Below are positions 62,164 to 64,000 of a stretch of DNA of 64,000 bases, piece by piece. The notes under the pieces were generated by a model, which had not been told where the DNA came from, did not search any database, and saw only the letters and a list, made by a program, of their open reading frames with translations. The number at the start of each line of letters is the position of its first letter. The first letter of the stretch is position 1. The stretch lies in assembly GCF_009914755.1 (NCBI RefSeq), contig NC_060938.1; one strand, 5' to 3'. The stretch is from the human T2T-CHM13v2.0 reference genome, Homo sapiens. Both the position numbers and the translations under genes were made by a program.

Positions 62164-63184
62164 TTACAATTTGGCATGTTTTTTCAGTAGCTGGTACCAG
62201 TTATTCCCTTCCATGTTTAGTGCTTCCTTCAGGAGCTCTTGTAAGGCAGGCCTGGTGGTGACAAAATCTCTCAGCATTTGTTTGTCTGTAAAGGATTTTA
62301 TTCTCTTTCACTTATGAAACTTAGTTTGGCTGGATATGAAATTCTGGGTTGAAAATTCGTTTCTTTAAGAATGTTGAATATTGGCCCCCACTCTCTTCTG
62401 GCTTGTAGAGTTTCTGCCGAGAGATCAGCTGTTAGTCTGATGGGCTTCCCTTTGTGGGTAACCCGACCTTTCTCTCTGGCTGCCCTTAACATTTTTTCTT
62501 TCATTTCAACTTTGGTGAATCTGACAATTATGTGTCTTGGAGTTGCTCTTCTCAAAGAATATCTTTGTGGCATTCTCTGTGTTTCCCGAATTTGAATGTT
62601 GGCCTGCCTTGCTAGGTTGGGGAAGTTCTCCTGTCAAATATCCTGCAGAGTGTTTTCCAACTTGGTTCCATTCTCCCCATCACTTTCAGGTACACCAGTC
62701 AGATGTAGATTTGGTCTTTTCACATAGTCCCATATTTCTTGGAGGCTTTGTTCATTTCTTTTTACTCTTTTTTCTCTAAACTTCTCTTCTCACTTCATTT
62801 CATTCAGTTGATCTTCAATCACTGATACCCTTTCTTCCACTTGATCGAATCTACTACTGAAGCTTGTGCATGTGTCACATAGTTCTAGTGCCATGGTTTT
62901 CAGCTCCATCAGGTCATTTAAGGTCTTCTCTACACTGTTTATTCTAGTTATCCATTCATCTAATCTTTTTTCAAAGTTTTTAGCTTCTTTGCAATGGGTT
63001 CGAACATACTCATTTAGCTCGGAGAATTTTGTTATTACCGGTCGTCCGAAGCCTTCTCTCAACTCCTCAAAGTCATTCTCTATCCAGCTTTGTTCCGTTG
63101 CTGGTGAGGAGCCGTGTTCGCTTGGAGGAGAAGAGGCTCTCTGATTTTTAGAATTGTGGGCTTTTCTACTCAGTTTCTCCCAAT
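62164..63184 (-). pseudogene. disrupted L1 ORF1
   Basis: RATPRHIIVRFTKVEMKEKMLRAAREKG and FQPRISYPAKLSF; start codon appears mutated; frameshifts. Confidence 0.92.
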
Positions 63185-63721
63185 CTTCATGGTTTTATCT
63201 ACCTTTGGTCTTTGATGATGGTGACATACAGATGGGGTTTTTGTGTGGATGTCCTTTCTGTTTGTTAGTTTTCCTTCTAACAGTCAGGACCCTCAGCTAC
63301 AAGTCTGTTGGAGTTTGACCGGCAGAGGCTGCAGAACAGCAAATATTGCAGATGGGCAAATGTTGCTGCTGATCCTCCCTCTGGAATCTTCATCTCAGAG
63401 GGGCACCCGGCTGTATGAGGTGTCAGTCGGCCCCTACTGGGAGATGTCTCCCAGTTAGGCTACTCGGGGGTCAGGGACCCACTTGAGGAGGCAGTCTGTC
63501 CATTCTCAGATCTCAAACTCCGTGCTGGGAGAACCACTACTCTCTTCAATGCTGTCAGACAGGGACTTTTGAGCCTGCAGAAGTTTCTGCTGCCTTTTGT
63601 TCAGCTATGCCCTGCCTCCAGAGGTGCAGTCTACAGAGGCAGCCAGGCCTCCTTGAGCTGCGGTGGGCTCCACCCAGTTCAAGCTTCCTGGCCGCTTTGT
63701 TTACCTAGTCAAGCCGTAGCA

Positions 63722-63985
63722 ATGGTTGACACCCCACCCCCAGCCTCACTGCCGCCTTGCAGTTCAATCTGAGACTGCTGTGCTAGCAGTGAGCGAGGCT
63801 CCATGGGCGTGGGATCCTCCCAGCCAGGTGTGGGATATCATCTCCTGGTGTGCTGTTTGCTAAGACCATTGGAAAAGTGCAGTGTTAGGGTGGGAGGGTC
63901 CCAATTTTCCAGGTACCATCTGTCATGGCGTCCCTTAGCTGGGAAAGGGAATTCCCCGACTCCTTGTGCTTCCCAGGTGAGGTGA
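63722..63985 (+). pseudogene. L1 antisense ORF0 homologue with early stop
   Basis: MVDTPPPASLPPCSSI*DCCAS...GVGSSQPGVGY; donor-like cag|gtgtgg and cag|gtacca. Confidence 0.75.
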
Positions 63986-64000
63986 TGCCCCGCCCTGCTT

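Overview
Human genomic DNA: it carries an AluYb8-lineage insertion, a subfamily that is essentially human-specific. The window is AT-rich and intergenic or deep-intronic, with no recognisable intact protein-coding exon. The ORF track is mostly repeat-derived or chance. A large part is interspersed repeats: about 9 Alu/FLAM copies, many MIR and L2 relics, more than 15 solo LTRs (THE1/MST/MLT1 MaLRs; ERV1 MER50, MER61, LTR9/MER51-like and others), MER2/MER20/MER44/MER47/MER53/MADE1 DNA transposons, old L1M pieces, and a near full-length decayed L1PA (58.07-64 kb, minus strand). Main unexplained or unusual signals: (1) a roughly 620-codon fossil minus-strand reading frame at 36.7-38.95 kb with a Myb/SANT-like N-terminus and RRM-like segments, split by a THE1 LTR; (2) an Alu with a twin-priming-type 5' inversion; (3) two locally templated insertions (91 bp direct, 31 bp inverted) whose donors both abut AT-rich palindromic tracts, one creating a SOX-OCT-like motif in an ERV1 LTR; (4) a 158-bp tandem duplication over a nested LTR cluster; (5) possible R4/Dong and CR1 LINE relics. 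Repeat subfamily names come from recalled consensus sequences, not a database search, and boundaries of old repeats are approximate. I cannot identify the locus or host gene.
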